Positions 63,258-64,000 of a stretch of 64,000 bases of DNA are shown one piece after another. Under the pieces are notes generated by a model. It did no database searches. It worked only from the letters and a program-made list of their open reading frames with translations, and was not told where the DNA came from. The stretch is from Chloroflexota bacterium (lineage in GTDB: Bacteria > Chloroflexota > Anaerolineae > JAAYEA01). How positions within the stretch are numbered: position 1 is the stretch's first letter; each line of letters starts with the position of its first letter. Location: contig DAITVZ010000006.1 of assembly GCA_036841525.1 (NCBI GenBank), positions 5,749 through 69,748 of the forward strand. The letters are read 5' to 3'. Position numbers and translations under genes: made by a program.

Positions 63258-64000
63258 ATGACCATCGATGAGGCCATGCAAGCATTTGCTGATCATATCC
63301 GTGCGGCGCAGTCAGAGGGCACGGCCCGAACCTATGCGACGGGCGTCAGCCACCTGCGAGCCTACCTGCTGGAGCAAGGACTACCCGCCGAGAGCACCCC
63401 CGTCGACCGCCTCGATCTTCCTATCGCCACCGGCTTTGTCACCTGGCTCTACGAGTACCTCCTTGTAGAGACCGCCGACGGCGACCCGGAGCAGATCTCG
63501 CAGCCGACCAAGGCAACCTATCTGGCGGCCATCTCGCGCTTCTTCGAGTATCTCATCGTCGAGTCGCAGGCGCTAGCGATGTCGCTTGATGATTATGACA
63601 AGTTGCGAAAGGCCATCGCGCGGGCCAGCAAGGTCCATGCACGTCAGCAACTGCCGCCGGACAAGCTGCCCTCGCACCAGATCGTGGAGGCGCTTCTCGC
63701 TGAGGTGAGGATGCCGCCTCCCTTGCCGGAAGGGACGCCCCCCGGGGAGCAGCGCCGCCGGCAGTTGGCGCACTTGCGCGACGTGGCCATCATCGAGTCC
63801 CTGCTCAGTTCGGGGATGCGCGTCTCCGAGTTGGTTCGGCTCCGCAGAGGCAATCTGTTGCACGACGATCGCGGCGCGCTGCTCAAGCACACCAAGGGGA
63901 ACCGGGAGCGCGAGATCCTCTTTTCCGACGCGGCCTGGGAGGCCATCTGGGCCTATCTCGCCGAGCGCCAGGACGGCGCGCAGGTTCGCGCGCTGGCTGA
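63258..64000 (+). CDS. Tyrosine recombinase (Xer-like), 3' partial
   Basis: Translated by hand (absent from the ORF track). AAGGAG RBS; MTIDEAMQAF..TARTYATGVSHLRAYL..TKATYLAAISRFFEYL core-binding domain; RDVAIIESLLSSGMRVSEL (box I Arg); TKGNRERE (catalytic Lys loop); no stop before the window end. Confidence 0.9.
   Translation, partial: MTIDEAMQAFADHIRAAQSEGTARTYATGVSHLRAYLLEQGLPAESTPVDRLDLPIATGFVTWLYEYLLVETADGDPEQISQPTKATYLAAISRFFEYLIVESQALAMSLDDYDKLRKAIARASKVHARQQLPPDKLPSHQIVEALLAEVRMPPPLPEGTPPGEQRRRQLAHLRDVAIIESLLSSGMRVSELVRLRRGNLLHDDRGALLKHTKGNREREILFSDAAWEAIWAYLAERQDGAQVRALA

Noticed and set aside
62980-63258. 92-aa ORF between ctpA and the recombinase
   Set aside because: It has no RBS or motif and runs across the recombinase promoter and palindrome.
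317-63946. Numerous long antisense or alternative-frame ORFs (e.g. 6186-7679, 8652-10313, 11484-13349, 28420-30114, 57652-59148)
   Set aside because: They shadow well-supported genes, are Arg/Ala/Pro-rich without motifs or RBS, and are expected in high-GC DNA.

Overview
High-GC bacterial chromosomal window, most likely Chloroflexota/Anaerolineae. This is inferred from a Chlor_Arch_YYY/DUF2298 membrane protein, a LuxR-TM-Kelch protein and a C-terminal LPLILK tail. The window is gene-dense and mostly core or metabolic. It holds two transporter-less catabolic clusters (three Cys-type sulfatases, an ADP-ribosylglycohydrolase, an SGNH hydrolase, a SelA-like PLP enzyme, a ceramidase-like protein, amidohydrolases and TIM-barrel epimerases). 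It also holds azlCD, lepB, a K+/H+ antiporter, tRNA-Arg(TCT), a metallothionein-like peptide next to corA and mscL, a coupled helicase-helicase-nuclease-recJ DNA-repair operon, a Zn/Mn ABC transporter, fabK-fabF-fabH, two GT-C glycosyltransferase-like genes, mobB, mtnP and ctpA-ctpA-smpB-ssrA. The last gene is a tyrosine recombinase that is cut by the window end and missing from the ORF track. The strongest lead is a near-perfect 38-bp palindrome with a 6-bp asymmetric core (63175-63212; 25/34 identical to loxP). It overlaps that recombinase's own consensus promoter, which suggests a single-recombinase Xer/dif or Cre/lox-type system. The second lead is an unusually long tmRNA (444 nt) with an ~87-nt insertion after the tag stop that contains a second in-frame tag-like ending (FLALTA*). 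No CRISPR array, transposase or prophage genes were seen.
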